Shown one piece after another: positions 11,101-25,326 of a stretch of 64,000 bases of DNA (positions are counted from its first letter, which is position 1; each line of letters opens with the position of its first letter). Under the pieces are notes generated by a model. That model was not told the origin of the DNA. It worked only from the letters and a program-made list of their open reading frames with translations, and did not search any database. Source of the stretch: Euglena gracilis (Eukaryota); NCBI GenBank assembly GCA_039621445.1, contig CP154954.1, positions 12,456,716 through 12,520,715 on the forward strand. The letters run 5' to 3'. A program made the translations under genes and the position numbers.

Positions 11101-14100
11101 TTATTATTCCCCTTTCTTTTTCGTTTTTGCCGTCGTTGCCTGCAAACGCCTTCCCCTTCTCCTCAACAACGCTTGTGCATGTGGTACCATGCCCCCCCCC
11201 CCCAAAAGGACCCCCGTTCCCTCAAAGTCCCAGGGGTCTTTTATGGATGGGGGTCTTATACAAGCGGTGTCGGTCTTGGACGAGGGCCAGTATACATGGG
11301 GGCATGGTACACGTATGCACTGTTTTTACGTCATCTCATTTGATGGCGATCACATCATCGAAAGACAATGCTCACATGACATCCCATAATCTTGTTAATT
11401 TACTTGTTGTTGTTTTGTGTGCTACCAGTCCTCTTCCAAAGGTGTTGCCAGTCTGTTTGCGATGAGGCACGACAGTCTGTCCATCTGAAGCAAATGTGCT
11501 CAGGATTGGATGTGCAATGTGTTTGTTTTGAATCTGAAGGGACCACCAGATTTTCCAGACCCCTCACTCCCAAGCTAATGTTTTTGAACGACTCCATTTT
11601 GTTGTGGAGCTTTGGGAAGTGCCCAACAACGTTTCGGCATAAATGACGCCCCCGGGCAATTGTCACCCCCCTCTGTGCCGGCCAAATTGTCACCCCGGGA
11701 AATTGTCACCCCCCCTCCGTGCTGCCCAATTTGTTACGCGACAATTGCCCAGGGGGGAGGGCGGGTAAATGTCTGCAAAGTTTTTTTTGGCTTCTTTCTG
11801 CCTACCTCGCTGCATTTATCTCATGGAATGTGTTGGCTTGCTTTCCTTTGGGAGTGCGCCACCAATCATTGCCCAGTGAATTGCCGTCAGCTGGCAGGTT
11901 GTGGGTGGGGCCATCACGTCCTTTGCAGTCCTGCCTGTGGTCGCAGCTGCTACAGCGTATGTGGAGCTCGGCACGGCTGAGCCTGCGGCCCACTCGGAAG
12001 GCCTCCGTAGTGCTCTCTGTCGTTCTGCGATGGCCCCAGGTTGCGGTTCGAAACCGTCGCCGAATGACGCCGTCCCAGACCATCCCCACGTCACACGTGT
12101 GCTACCAACTGAAGCGTGGCTGACCCTCGGCCGCTGCTTTTCTGAATGCTTTGCAAGTAGCATTCCACAACTGTGTCAAACCTCGCATTGGGCAGGGATT
12201 GTCGACCCTGTCCGACACCTGACTTTTGGAGTGTTGAATTTGTGAATGCGTATGCATCCTGCAGAAGCTTCTGCTTAGGTTTTGCAGTAGCAATTCCTGG
12301 GGGTGGGCTGGACTGCAGCAACTCCAAATTACAAGATTATTGACTCGTCCAATTTGGGTTGTGGAAATCCCAGTGTGCCACCCAACAATTTTTTCGTTCG
12401 TCAAAGTGCCAAAGTTTGTTTGTCAAAATTTGTCAAAATGCCAGGTTTTGTACAAGAGGGTGTCTATCAGTGGCTTTTTTCTAATGGCCAGCACTTGCAA
12501 GCTAGTGGACCCCCCGGGGCCTTTAATAAGAACCTAAACTACACCAGCGCAGTGTTCCTCAGGAGCAAAGTCAACTGTCTGTCAAATTCCTGCTTTTGGA
12601 ATCGCGGAGAACACCCAGACACACCACCACCTGTTTTGGAGCTCTCCAATTGAAAAAAGCGGACTGATTGTGGTGGATCCTGCGTTTTCAGAGCTTCATA
12701 TTCTGGCAATTATTTGTTCGCGATGCGAAGAGGCAGAGGGACCCAAGAGTCCCTTTCTCAGCGAAGCCTGAACAATAAATGCACTTCAATTCTTTTGCAG
12801 AAAATTTTGGGGAAACTTTTCAAAGGAACTCATGCGGAAAACAATTACTCCATGTTACTGGTCTATTTCCTCGTAGTCCTCCTCCATCGTATTTCCTGTT
12901 TCTCGGGTCCCAGGACCAGAGTTCACATGGAAATGTCTTTGGTACCAATTTGGCATCAAATCAGGTACTAGATGTCTGGTCAGTGCAAGTAGGGGGCATG
13001 TGGTTGGTTTTATCTTGGTCCCAGGTGCAATGCTTGTTCTTGAGCAATCTGAAAAAGTGCTGCTGGTGGTGCTGCTACTGCTGCATTATTTGTGAGCTGA
13101 CCCAACTGGTGACAGCTTGCTTCCCATCGCGCGTGTAGACTGAGGTTGTGGTCAGCTTCCCACCGCCCTGTTCCACGCTTGTCTCCCCGCACAGTGCGGC
13201 TTCGCTTTTCCCCTCCGCCACCAAACATGGCCATCGTCATCCCAGACGAGTATGGGTACGTGGTGCTGGTGATCGGGCTCTCCTGGTCAGGCTTCCTTTT
13301 TTTGTTTTTTTGACGAAGCTCACCCCGGGGGGGGGGGGTGCTGTAGGCAGGCAGGGGGGAAGGGCATTTTCGACCTATTCGGGTTTTGGGTGGGTCGTGC
13401 TATAGCACACGCCCCGTTGCCGAAGGCACCGGGGCCTCAAAATGGCCATTTCAAGGGATAATTGGCTGGGTCAGCAGGCACCAGGGCCAGAACTGACCGG
13501 GGGGGGGGTGACTGCCCACCTGCTCATAGCACCCCCCCCACGTTGGCAAAAACAAGCCTGGTCCTGGTTCATGAACCTGTACCTGATGACCCTCGTGATG
13601 AACGCCCGCAAGAAGTACAACGTGCCGTACCCGGCGCTGTATGCCGCCCACAGGCTTCTCCACAGACTGTTGTACGGATCTGCTTCATTTCACTCCAGTG
13701 GGCAGCTCTCCAGAGGTTTTCTTAAGGCCGGGTGAGGGGGTTCGCACTGAACACCTCCCCACGCGGGGGAGGATCAGTTTGGGTGGTTTTCCTATTTATC
13801 GCAAAAAAAATTATTATTCCCCTTTCTTTTTCGTTTTTGCCGTCGTTGCCTGCAAACGCCTTCCCCTTCTCCTCAACAACGCTTGTGCATGTGGTACCAT
13901 GCCCCCCCCCCCAAAAGGACCCCCGTTCCCTCAAAGTCCCAGGGGTCTTTTATGGATGGGGGTCTTATACAAGCGGTGTCGGTCTTGGACGAGGGCCAGC
14001 ATACATGGGGGCATGGTACACGTATGCACTGTTTTTACGTCATCTCATTTGATGGCGATCACATCATCGAAAGACAATGCTCACATGACATCCCATAATC

Positions 14101-16517
14101 TTGTTAATTTACTTGTTGTTGTTTTGTGTGCTACCAGTCCTCTTCCAAAGGTGTTGCCAGTCTGTTTGCGATGAGGCACGACAGTCTGTCCATCTGAAGC
14201 AAATGTGCTCAGGATTGGATGTGCAATGTGTTTGTTTTGAATCTGAAGGGACCACCAGATTTTCCAGACCCCTCACTCCCAAGCTAATGTTTTTGAACGA
14301 CTCCATTTTGTTGTGGAGCTTTGGGAAGTGCCCAACAACGTTTCGGCATAAATGACGCCCCCGGGCAATTGTCACCCCCCTCTGTGCCGGCCAAATTGTC
14401 ACCCCGGGAAATTGTCACCCCCCTCCGTGCTGCCCAATTTGTCACGCGACAATTCCCCGGGGGGGAGGGCGGGTAAATGTCTGCAAAGTTTTTTTTTGGC
14501 TTCTTTCTGCCTACCTCGCTGCATTTATCTCATGGAATGTGTTGGCTTGCTTTCCTTTGGGAGTGCGCCACCAATCATTGCCCAGTGAATTGCCGTCAGC
14601 TGGCAGGTTGTGGGTGGGGCCATCACGTCCTTTGCAGTCCTGCCTGTGGTCGCAGCTGCTACAGCGTATGTGGAGCTCGGCACGGCTGAGCCTGCGGCCC
14701 ACTCGGAAGGCCTCCGTAGTGCTCTCTGTCGTTCTGCGATGGCCCCAGGTTGCGGTTCGAAACCGTCGCCGAATGACGCCGTCCCAGACCATCCCCACGT
14801 CACACGTGTGCTACCAACTGAAGCGTGGCTGACCCTCGGCCGCTGCTTTTCTGAATGCTTTGCAAGTAGCATTCCACAACTGTGTCAAACCTCGCATTGG
14901 GCAGGGATTGTCGACCCTGTCCGACACCTGACTTTTGGAGTATTGAATTTGTGAATGCGTATGCATCCTGCAGAAGCTTCTGCTTAGGTTTTGCAGTAGC
15001 AATTCCTGGGGGTGGGCTGGACTGCAGCAACTCCAAATTACAAGATTATTGACTCGTCCAATTTGGGTTGTGGAAATCCCAGTGTGCCACCCAACAATTT
15101 TTTCGTTCGTCAAAGTGCCAAAGTTTGTTTGTCAAAATTTGTCAAAATGCCAGGTTTTGTACAAGAGGGTGTCTATCAGTGGCTTTTTTCTAATGGCCAG
15201 CACTTGCAAGCTAGTGGACCCCCCGGGGCCTTTAATAAGAACCTAAACTACACCAGCGCAGTGTTCCTCAGGAGCAAAGTCAACTGTCTGTCAAATTCCT
15301 GCTTTTGGAATCGCGGAGAACACCCAGAAACACCACCACCTGTTTTGGAGCTCTCCAATTGAAAAAAGCGGACTGATTGTGGTGGATCCTGCGTTTTCAG
15401 AGCTTCATATTTTGGCAATTATTTGTTCGCGATGCGAAGAGGCAGAGGGACCCAAGAGTCCCTTTCTCAGCGAAGCCTGAACAATAAATGCACTTCAATT
15501 CTTTTGCAGAAAATTTTGGGGAAACTTTTCAAAGGAACTCATGCGGAAAACAATTACTCCATGTTACTGGTCTATTTCCTCGTAGTCCTCCTCCATCGTA
15601 TTTCCTGTTTCTCGGGTCCCAGGACCAGAGTTCACATGGAAATGTCTTTGGTACCAATTTGGCATCAAATCAGGTACTAGATGTCTGGTCAGTGCAAGTA
15701 GGGGGCATGTGGTTGGTTTTATCTTGGTCCCAGGTGCAATGCTTGTTCTTGAGCAATCTGAAAAAGTGCTGCTGGTGGTGCTGCTACTGCTGCATTATTT
15801 GTGAGCTGACCCAACTGGTGACAGCTTGCTTCCCATCGCGCGTGTAGACTGAGGTTGTGGTCAGCTTCCCACCGCCCTGTTCCACGCTTGTCTCCCCGCA
15901 CAGTGCGGCTTCGCTTTTCCCCTCCGCCACCAAACATGGCCATCGTCATCCCAGACGAGTATGGGTACGTGGTGCTGGTGATCGGGCTCTCCTGGTCAGG
16001 CTTCCTTTTTTTGTTTTTTTGACGAAGCTCACCCCGGGGGGGGGGGTGCTGTAGGCAGGCAGGGGGGAAGGGCATTTTCGACCTATTCGGGTTTTGGGTG
16101 GGTCGTGCTATAGCACACGCCCCGTTGCCGAAGGCACCGGGGCCTCAAAATGGCCATTTCAAGGGATAATTGGCTGGGTCAGCAGGCACCAGGGCCAGAA
16201 CTGACCGGGGGGGGGGTGACTGCCCACCTGCTCATAGCACCCCCCCCCACGTTGGCAAAAACAAGCCTGGTCCTGGTTCATGAACCTGTACCTGATGACC
16301 CTCGTGATGAACGCCCGCAAGAAGTACAACGTGCCGTACCCGGCGCTGTATGCCGCCCACAGGCTTCTCCACAGACTGTTGTACGGATCTGCTTCATTTC
16401 ACTCCAGTGGGCAGCTCTCCAGAGGTTTTCTTAAGGCCGGGTGAGGGGGTTCGCACTGAACACCTCCCCACGCGGGGGAGGATCAGTTTGGGTGGTTTTC
16501 CTATTTATCGCAAAAAA
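11101..16517. repeat. Tandem duplication, two ~2.7-kb near-identical units (11101-13810 and 13811-16517)
   Basis: Both units start TTATTATTCCCCTTTC and end CCTATTTATCGCAAAAAA. ORFs recur at offset 2709. Only scattered substitutions and homopolymer-length differences were seen. Confidence 0.97.
13227..13645 (+). pseudogene. Duplicated exons 1-2 of the MGST3-like gene (truncated copy or alternative 5' end)
   Basis: 13227-13284 and 13566-~13645 encode MAIVIPDEYGYVVLVIGLSWFMNLYLMTLVMNARKKYNVPYPALYA, as in the downstream copy. The duplication unit ends inside intron 2. Confidence 0.75.
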
Positions 16518-19500
16518 TACCGAGCAATTTTTTGCTCCTAAAGCTGATCTCCAGAAAGAAAGAAAGTGGTCATCCCGAATCCCCCCCCCCCAAGGGTTCG
16601 GGATGTCCACTTTTGTCAACTCTCCTGTAAAAAAATCTGTGCCCCGCTATCCCGAAAACGGCTAAGTCACCACTGGTTTCGGCCGTAAATCGGCCATATT
16701 TCGGGCCAGGCGTTGCGGGGAAATCAAAATACCATTGAATAGTCATCGTAAGTGCTTCAATTTCGGACTCCAGAAGTTTTCTTTTGATTTTGCTTCATTT
16801 CTGAGTATTTTTTTTGGAAACTTCGGTTTTTTGACCCCAAAAACGGCCCAAAATGGCCCAGCATTTGCAAGAAGGCTCTTCCCTTCTGGCACCCACCCTG
16901 GATCTCATGGGGAATGGGATGGAAGGCCCGTGCCGGGAGCAAGGACGACAAGGACCACGAGAAGTTCAATTCTGTGCAGCGCGCACACCAGGGTCAGGGC
17001 CCACCCTGGGGAACTGCCATCGGTGCCGCCATGGACCCAACCCGCAACCTTTGCGTTCAAGTCGAAGCCTTGCTCCCGCAGCTGCTGAGCATGCTGCTGC
17101 TGGGCACATTCCAAATGTAATGCAAGTCAATCAATGTGGACCGCAGTCTCCACGATGAAGGCGGTCTCCAGACTTGAACAACAATAATTGCAACAAACAA
17201 TTATGACAATATTGAAATGAAACTTCGTCTCCAGGGGGACCAGCTGAAGCCGGAGGGGACCCTCCCCCGGGGGTCCAGCCAGACAGCAACTTTTTTCCAG
17301 CCAGCACCTCCCAGCCAGGCTGCAGACCCCCCCCTGGGGGGTCCACACCCCCAACTGAAATAAAGCGCGAAGCAAAGCAAAGCAAAGCCAGCGAAGCAGA
17401 GCAAAGCAAAGCTGGGCCTGAAAATAGTTTGAAATAATGGGGGTAAATTGCCCCCAAAAACCCTCTTTTGGGTCGGGCTTGGGTTTTCCCTTTCAACTTT
17501 TGGTTAAAAATCCCAACCCAACTGAATTTGGGTTTTTTGGTCCCCGCCGGGCCCAGCTCCCAGCCGGCCGGACCCCTCCCTCTGGACCCCCATCCCCAAG
17601 TGGGGAGGGTGGGTGTCCAGCCGCACCTTTTTCCAGGAGCCTTTGAGAATAATCCCTGCTGGGGACCAAAATCAAGGATTCATTCATTCTTTTTGTCGAC
17701 GTTTCTGGCCCTGTCCAAAACATTAACTTGAGTCTGTCATCTCCGAATATTTTTGCGCACCAGATGCATGTTTTGGAGTCTGTGTCCCAAAATCAATTTT
17801 TGACACTCAGAACCAGGGTACTCCTTAAGGCGTAAACTTTTAAAGAGTTTTAATGTTTTAAGGCGTATTCTGAGGTTTTTTTTTTAGTCATTTCTAGGTG
17901 TGTGTTTTCATGGACGTTCAAAGGGAGCCTTCCCGGGATCGAACAGGGTCAAATCAAAAAAGTTGAGGACCCTATTCTTGACAATCTTCCAGTGATGCCA
18001 GAAATCATTTTCCCCCCATCTTACTTTTTGGTTTGCCGAGGTTTTACGGCTTCATTTTGGCTGTAATTTCGAGAACTTTTTTTTTAAAGATCTTAAGGCT
18101 TTAAAGGGATTTTTAAGTCATTTTGGCCAAGAAATTCATGGTTTTTAAAGGCGCTTTGTTATCTTATCCGTTATTTTTTTTGTGCTCCTGGTCTTCCTTG
18201 TCTCAACCCCAGGGGGATCTTCCCTTTCTGGAAACCAGCGCCGCCCTGGGCGCAACACGCTGGAGTCCTGGGGGCCCGTCCAGATCCTGATGCTGGTGGA
18301 CGGGCTGCTGTTCCCCGAGGGGGCCGCTCCGCGCGCGTCCTCCCACTGCTGCTGCTGCTGTGTTGCATGGCCGAAAGAAATGTCCATTGGTCTCCAAAAC
18401 TTTGTCCAGCTGTCAACGATGGAAAATGTTTCTGAAAAAGTCAACGTTCCAAACCAAGGTCAAACGTTGTTGTCCCCATGAAAGGCACTCGTTGAGTTTC
18501 TCCTTCTGGAGAAATCTACAGAAGCTGTAAGAGTTTCTCATTTTTGTGTAGTTTCTCATTTTTGTGTTGTTTCTCTTTTTTTGTGTCGCCACATTTTCGT
18601 GTGTATGTGTGTGTGTGTGTGTGTGTGTTCAGTTATTTTTGCTTTATCACATGTGATGCAATGAAGCTGCCGGCGGTCCACAAGGTTGGTCCCTCCAGTG
18701 GCCCTGCCCCAAGCTTGCAGCGACGTTGGGCCTCGTGTGGGTGGCGGGGCGATTCCTCTACGGTGCAGGCTACGCGAGTAGGGGTTTTTTTATTCGTGGA
18801 CCGGTGGGTGGGTTTGGCCGAGCCCCGCCGGGGGATGTCCCCCAGGGGGGAGTGGCATATGCTATTTTTTGAAAAATTTTCGAAAATGTGCAATTTTCGA
18901 CATTTTTCGCGATTTTTGGCCATTTTCGGGGACAATTGAGTGGGTCCCCCGGGATCCCCTCTCAGGTGGTTCATGGGTGGGGGGACCCCCTCCAGGCCCC
19001 CCCCGCAACAAACCCGTGGATGCGAGCGGGGGGCCGGAGGGGCGGCGGGCGGGGGCCGGCCTCTCCGCCCTCGGGTGGCTCCCACTGGTGGTGCTCTCCC
19101 TCTACGTCGGGGCCGCTCTCGCGAAGCTGGTATGGGCAGGCTTCTTTCTACCACAGAAAACCGGTATTGGGGGAAGTTGCATTAATTTCATTAATTTTAT
19201 TTTTTCATTATTTTCATTATTTTTTTCATTTTTATTTCATTAATTTCATTAATTTCATTTCTTTTAATTAATTTAAGTTAAGACACCAAGCCCCAAGGTA
19301 TGAGTATGGTCAAGGTTGAAGAAGCGTGTTGAGTACCAGAGTTTTTTTTATATTTTAAAAATGGTTCAAAAATTGAAGGGAAAGTGTGGGTGTGAGGGAC
19401 GTTTCACTAGGCATTAGGCACACCAAGTCTGGGTTCGCAGTTTTTTTTTTTGCGGATGTATGTGTATGTTTGTGTGCACCAGAGGTATTATTATTAGGTT

Positions 19501-19690
19501 CCCTTTTCAGTGCCTTTTTCAAGCTATTTCTAAAGAGAAAAATTGGTCCCAAGCTACAGAGTTTAATACAAAAGGTGAAATATGAGGGAATTTGTTGGTT
19601 TTGAGGGTCTTACAGATGGGTCGTTTTAGCGAAGGTCCCCCAAGGGGTTCCACCCCGACACACCGCAGGTAACCAGAAGCCTGGGCGCGA
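15936..19690 (+). CDS. MGST3: MAPEG family microsomal glutathione S-transferase 3-like protein (~145 aa)
   Basis: Exons 15936-15993, 16275-~16354, ~16935-16991, 18254-~18316, ~18711-18775, 19024-19133 and 19689-19690 give MAIVIPDEYGYVVLVIGLSWFMNLYLMTLVMNARKKYNVPYPALYAGSKDDKDHEKFNSVQRAHQNTLESWGPVQILMLVDGLLFPKLAATLGLVWVAGRFLYGAGYASGGPEGRRAGAGLSALGWLPLVVLSLYVGAALAKLV*. MAPEG motifs ARKKYxVxYP, FNxxQRAHQNTLE and GRxLYxxGY are present. Confidence 0.93.
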
Positions 19691-20529
19691 GGCGGTGTCG
19701 CCTGCGCAGCAATGTCGCTGGCCATTGGCAGCGATTATTGATCTTTTTCTCAGCCTGAACTGCAGGCTTGCCCTGTGTTCTCGCTCCAGTTCCCGTGCTG
19801 TTCATTTCGGCGGTGGGTATCTGTGATGCCGGGTTGGCCAAAGCCCACCTGTTCGGGGCCCACCTGTTGCAAACGCGCTCAACTGTGGCCCGATAGCAGT
19901 CGCCGGTGCCTGTATGTCACTGACCGGTCCAGGCCTACTGGAGTGTCATTCTATTTACCAGACATGCCGCCCCGCCCCTCAAAGGGTTGTTTTTGCCCGG
20001 CTTTGTGTCGTTGCCCCTGATCCGCCGACTTTGGGGCGTCCATTTCTGGAGTCATTTCTAGGTCCGTTTCAACCTCAGGGCAATTCTAGTTTGGGCCTCT
20101 GCTGTGTGGGGTCAGCCTACAAACCATTCCGACCGGAATTTGAGAAATCAGACCCAAAGTTTCCAGCATCTCAGGTGGACTTTTCTCCTGGTCCATGAAG
20201 CAACACATTTAAAGTTTCAAATTTTGATTCTTGTGAGAGGGATGTTTTTGAGAGAGGGTGTGCTGGGCCCCCCAGGCAGGTCAGGTGCCGCTGGGGGGAT
20301 GGCTTCTGGAGGGGGTTTTCACTTTTTCAATTTTCACTTCAATTTTTGAGGATAGCATATTCATATTTCTGTGGGAAAATATTCCCCTGGTTAAAAATTG
20401 ACAATTTCTTCTGCCTTCTAATTCAGAATGTGAAAAGGCATCGCTTTACTGATTTTTTTTGTGTCAGCTGAGGTTCGAAAAAAATGTCATTTTCCCCCCG
20501 TCTGACCCAGAACCCATACAAAATTGTCT

Positions 20530-21058
20530 TCTGGTCTGGTACACGCTGCCCGTCTTCATACCTGTGTACTTCCTGATTTGTCTGGCGACAGTTTCCCAGG
20601 GGGCAGGTATGCTCTCATACATTTTCACACTATGTTTCACATGTAAAACATGGAAGGCGCGTCGCGGGTCGAACCTGATTTGTTTAGAAAAGAACCCAGC
20701 CCCCCCCCCCCAATACAAACCGCCCTGAAGGGTTTTGGTTCCACTCCAGAGTTTACATGGGAACGTCTTTGGTACCAATTTGGCATCCAATCAGGTACTG
20801 GACGTCTGGTCAGTGGAGGGAGGGGCATGCGACTTTATCTAGGTCCCAGGTGCAATGCTTGTTTTCTGTCTGGTACACGCTGCTCCGTCTTCATATCTCT
20901 ATGCTCGCTGATTCGTCTGGCGACAGTTTCCAGGGGGTAAGTATGCCCTCATACATTTCCACACATGTTTCACATGCAAAACATGGAAGGCGCGTCGTGG
21001 GTCGAACCTGATTTGTATAGAAAAGGACCCCAGACCCCCCAATACAAACCGCCCTCAA
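20530..21058. repeat. Diverged direct repeat (period ~335 bp)
   Basis: GTCTGGTACACGCTGC...GGGTCGAACCTGATTTGT...CCCCCAATACAAACCGCCCT occurs twice. Confidence 0.85.
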
Positions 21059-22544
21059 GGGGTGGTCCAGCTTCTTCAAAGAGCTTCAACGTCGTCACAC
21101 AAAAACAAAGGAAATGGTTCCATAACACGGAACACCTGGAACACCTGGCAGTTGAAACCCATCGGTCGGCAGAGGTGGTAAACCACCGTTTTCAAAACGA
21201 AAAAAGTCGATTCATCCAGAAAAAAAAATGGGGGTCAATGATACCCATTTTGGTAACATTTTGGGGGAAAATGCACTGCCGAAGTCGGTGCGACACAAAA
21301 CGCTGTTTTACAGGGACAAACCCTGGTCAGGTGAAACCTTTGAGCTGTCCCCCCTGTTCAGTAGTGTCCAGTGACTGCGCAGGTGCACATTCACCCCCTC
21401 CCCGTCCCGGCTTTTTCCTGAAGTTTTTGGACGGTAATTGTGGCTCCCGGGGGTGATTGTGGGAGCGGGTACCGTGGTCCATATGGTTAGACTGGAGGGG
21501 GTGTTCGGTGCCCTGCGTTGGAAGCAGGGCACAAAGGTGCGATGGTTTGTAATTGAGACATGCATGTGGCATGCGTTAAAAGAGTAATAGGGAGGATGTG
21601 TCGAAACCCACACCAGATGTCCGTGGGGAGGACTCGTTACACTCCTCAGGCTGCCTTCTGTTTACATTTCACACGGTGCACCTCACCCCTCCGCGACACA
21701 TGCAGGAACAGCATCCCTCCAGTCGTGCACAACGTCCGCTCAGCATGCCTTCTCATATGCACCATGGCGCATCACCGTGTGGGACCACCTGGTTCGGGTA
21801 TGCCGATTAGTATGGGGCATACGGTGTGTGTCTATTTAGTGGTCGTTGGACAAGGTGGGGGGGAGGTAGGAGGGGCTATCTTGCTCTCTTTTGCTGTGTG
21901 CCACTGGTTTCTAAAGCCACCGAGCAGAGCCCCGCTTCAACCCCTTTCTGCCACCAACTTTCTTCCCAGAACAACCCTCACAAACAACATAAAACGACCC
22001 CCTCTCTGAGGACTCTCTGAGGACTAAAATGCGCAAGTGCGCACTCTTGAGGCCATTCCTTGGCTGGCTGGTGGTGATTCTGGCTGTATGGAGGGAGGAG
22101 TGCTGGGCGCACTGATGGGCTAAAATAAGCGAAAATAAGCACAAAATATACACTCCGCACCTTCTGTTTAAGACTGGGGCCTGCCCAGGAGGTGCCCACT
22201 ACCCTCCCCCCCCGGGGGGGGTCGAAGGGATCCACGTTTTTAAGGGTCGATTCTGGGACCCAACAAAATAAAAATGGACAAACCCCCTCCTTTGGCAGGG
22301 GATCAAAAAGCCTTTGGGCGTATCCCCGGGTGGAGGGGGTCTAGCAGGTTACCCCCCCCCCCCCGGGCTCCAATGTTTAAAAACGCCTTGCCCCCCCATC
22401 CACCACAGCACCGTGCAAGCCCAAAAATATGGAATGGCCTGGTGGGAGAGAGGGAGGGGGTCGGGTCCCCACGGACCCCATTGAGTTTTGGGGGTTCCTG
22501 TACGTGCCCCATGCCCCAAACTGCCAGAGGTTGTCAGCGCGATG

Positions 22545-22670
22545 GCCGCGGCGCAGGGCGTGCCAGCGGAGGGCTGCGCGGCGCGCCATGAGCTTCATCC
22601 ACGCGGCCCAGTACCGCTTCAGGCGCAGCTGGTGCTGGGCCCGCAGCAGCCAGTACAGCTCCCTGCACAG
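22545..22670 (-). CDS. Possible isolated exon of unknown protein (LCRELYWLLRAQHQLRLKRYWAAWMKLMARRAALRWHALR)
   Basis: GC-rich third codon positions and protein-like composition. Strand and boundaries are uncertain. Confidence 0.4.
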
Positions 22671-23869
22671 TACCAGGGGTACAGGGCAGTGCCAGCGCGG
22701 CGCCGCTGGGGGGTGGGTCGAGTCAAAGTTGGGCACTGCGCACTTATCCCAGCCCCCCCTTACATGCCTTTGAAACCACACGGCTGGGGTGTACACATCC
22801 CTGCGAGGATCGAATGGCAGTGGGGGACGAGGAATCCCTCGAGCGAATCACCCTGGCCTTGTAACAAACGTCCCCCATTACACGGAACCTTTTTGGGACA
22901 GGTACTCAGAGTCGACACCCTGCACTGAAAACAACACCACCCATGGCCGTTGTGAAGGCCAAGGAAAGCATGTCTGCACACATTCTCTCCATACACCCCG
23001 TCTGCTGAGACTGCAGTCAAACAGTCAAACATGGAACAGCGGAGTGAGTACGTACCGGTGCAATCCCTTCTTGTGTCGCCTATTAGCACCCTGTGGGAGG
23101 TTGTCACACAGGGCCATGCCAAACAACTGAGCACACAAGGCAAAGCACAGCAAATGAGACACACGCCGTCCACGAGAGTGCGGCGGACTGCGCAGGTGCA
23201 CATTCTCCGCGATGTGAGCAGTCGTGTCTCGCACTCCAGAACCCAGTGCCACCACCCACACAATTGGCTTGAGATTGGGGCAAGGCAATCCCCACGACGC
23301 GCCACGACGCGTTGGTGGCCTTTTTGTTAGCAATTTTTTTCAGGGGCATCGCATGGCACAAGTGGAATGCCCTAATAACTGCGCACCCCAAGGGTCAGAA
23401 ACCTCCTTAAAAGTGCGCACGTCCACCTCCTTTCAGACTCCCATATTCTGCACACCCAAGGCCACATCCTAGCAGTCCACGCTTCATATCCATGGCAGGC
23501 AAACAATGTGCCAGCCAGCGTGTCCTGCACGTCATGCGCGGACGCGCATTCCCTTTCGCGCAGCCTTTGTGTCTATTCCAAAAATGCACACCTGCGCGTT
23601 TTTCGGGATTGGCACTCTGTGTCACCCTTGTTGTTTCACCTGGGAGGGCTGTGTGTCTATGGCTGCAAGGAGTTTGTTCCCACGCTCAATCAGGACAGCT
23701 CTGAGGTAAGCCAAGCCGACGCACAGCTGGTCCTGAGTTTGCAAAATCAGCAGCTAATCCCAGACTGTAGACTGTGGAAACTCCATTGCAAAGGAGCTCT
23801 CCACACGAAGGAAATGTGTAATGAGGCGACCCTGCAACCTGGCATGCAGTGATGAAAGGTTATAGTTGA

Positions 23870-24376
<507 letters not shown>

Positions 24377-24384
24377 GTTTATAT

Positions 24385-24679
24385 CAGGCTGTATTTAGTC
24401 GGGTGCTTACTCCACCCCGGGGGGGGGGTGCCTGCTTGGGCAGGCACTCCAAGGCACTCCCAATCCGCCCCCCCCCCCGGGCACATGGCCAAAAGTGTCC
24501 TAGCACAACCCTGGCGCCGAAGGCGCCGGGGAGCTAAACATAGCCTATTTTCAAAGGAATGTGCCTGGGCACAGCCCGAAATCCGATCCCCCCGGGGGGG
24601 GGGACAGTGCCTGCCTGGGCAGGCACTCACAGGCACTCCGGACCCCCCCTCCCCCCCGGGGTTGGTGAAAAACAGCCTG
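24385..24679. mobile_element. hAT-like MITE
   Basis: TIR CAGGCTGT / ACAGCCTG; TSD GTTTATAT / GTTTATAC. Confidence 0.85.
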
Positions 24680-25326
24680 GTTTATACATGTATATATGAA
24701 AGGTTTTAATAATTGCATGAAAGATATCACTGTTAAAAGGTGCCGTGGTATCACCAACCAGTATCGGATTACCTCTCTTCAGAGTTTCGTCTCACATGCC
24801 ACCCGCAGTGCTGCTACTCTGGGGCATCATTTCCCTCCCCCTTTTGTGTGTCGCCAACCCCACCACCCTCCTCCGCGCCCAACTGGCTGTCAGCATAGTA
24901 TGAGCTGCCCCCTCCTCTGGCGTACGGAGTGCATATGTGGGAAACTCCACCCCCCCAGCCCCACCCACACACGTTTCCCCCCCAAAACAACGCCCCCCAC
25001 TGCTGTGTGACCTTAGTGCCATACATCTACTGTCTAGTTCGTCTTGTTTCTGTTACTTTTATAAACATTGAACGTTATTCCTTCTGAATGGAATATTGTT
25101 CGGTTGGAGATCATACATCAGTATTCCAGTTTACACCATAATTTTTCCGGTATCTTTCAAAGCGGTTTTCCGCTTCCTTTTTGGTTTATTGAAAAATATG
25201 TGCTGTGGAACCACATACGGACGCCTCTCAAGTTAGGAACCACCCCATTCCCCGATTTTTTTTTGGCAGTCATTTTTCCCATGTGACGTTGTGCTCCATT
25301 GAAACTTTATGAACACGTTGCCGCAG

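Noticed and set aside
16355-18710. MGST3 introns 2 and 4 (also sirtuin ~3441-3803 and ~59591-60314) as strict 3+5 examples
   Set aside because: End pairing is visible but the strict 3+5 cut breaks the reading frame, so they were not counted as support. They may be degenerate or shifted.
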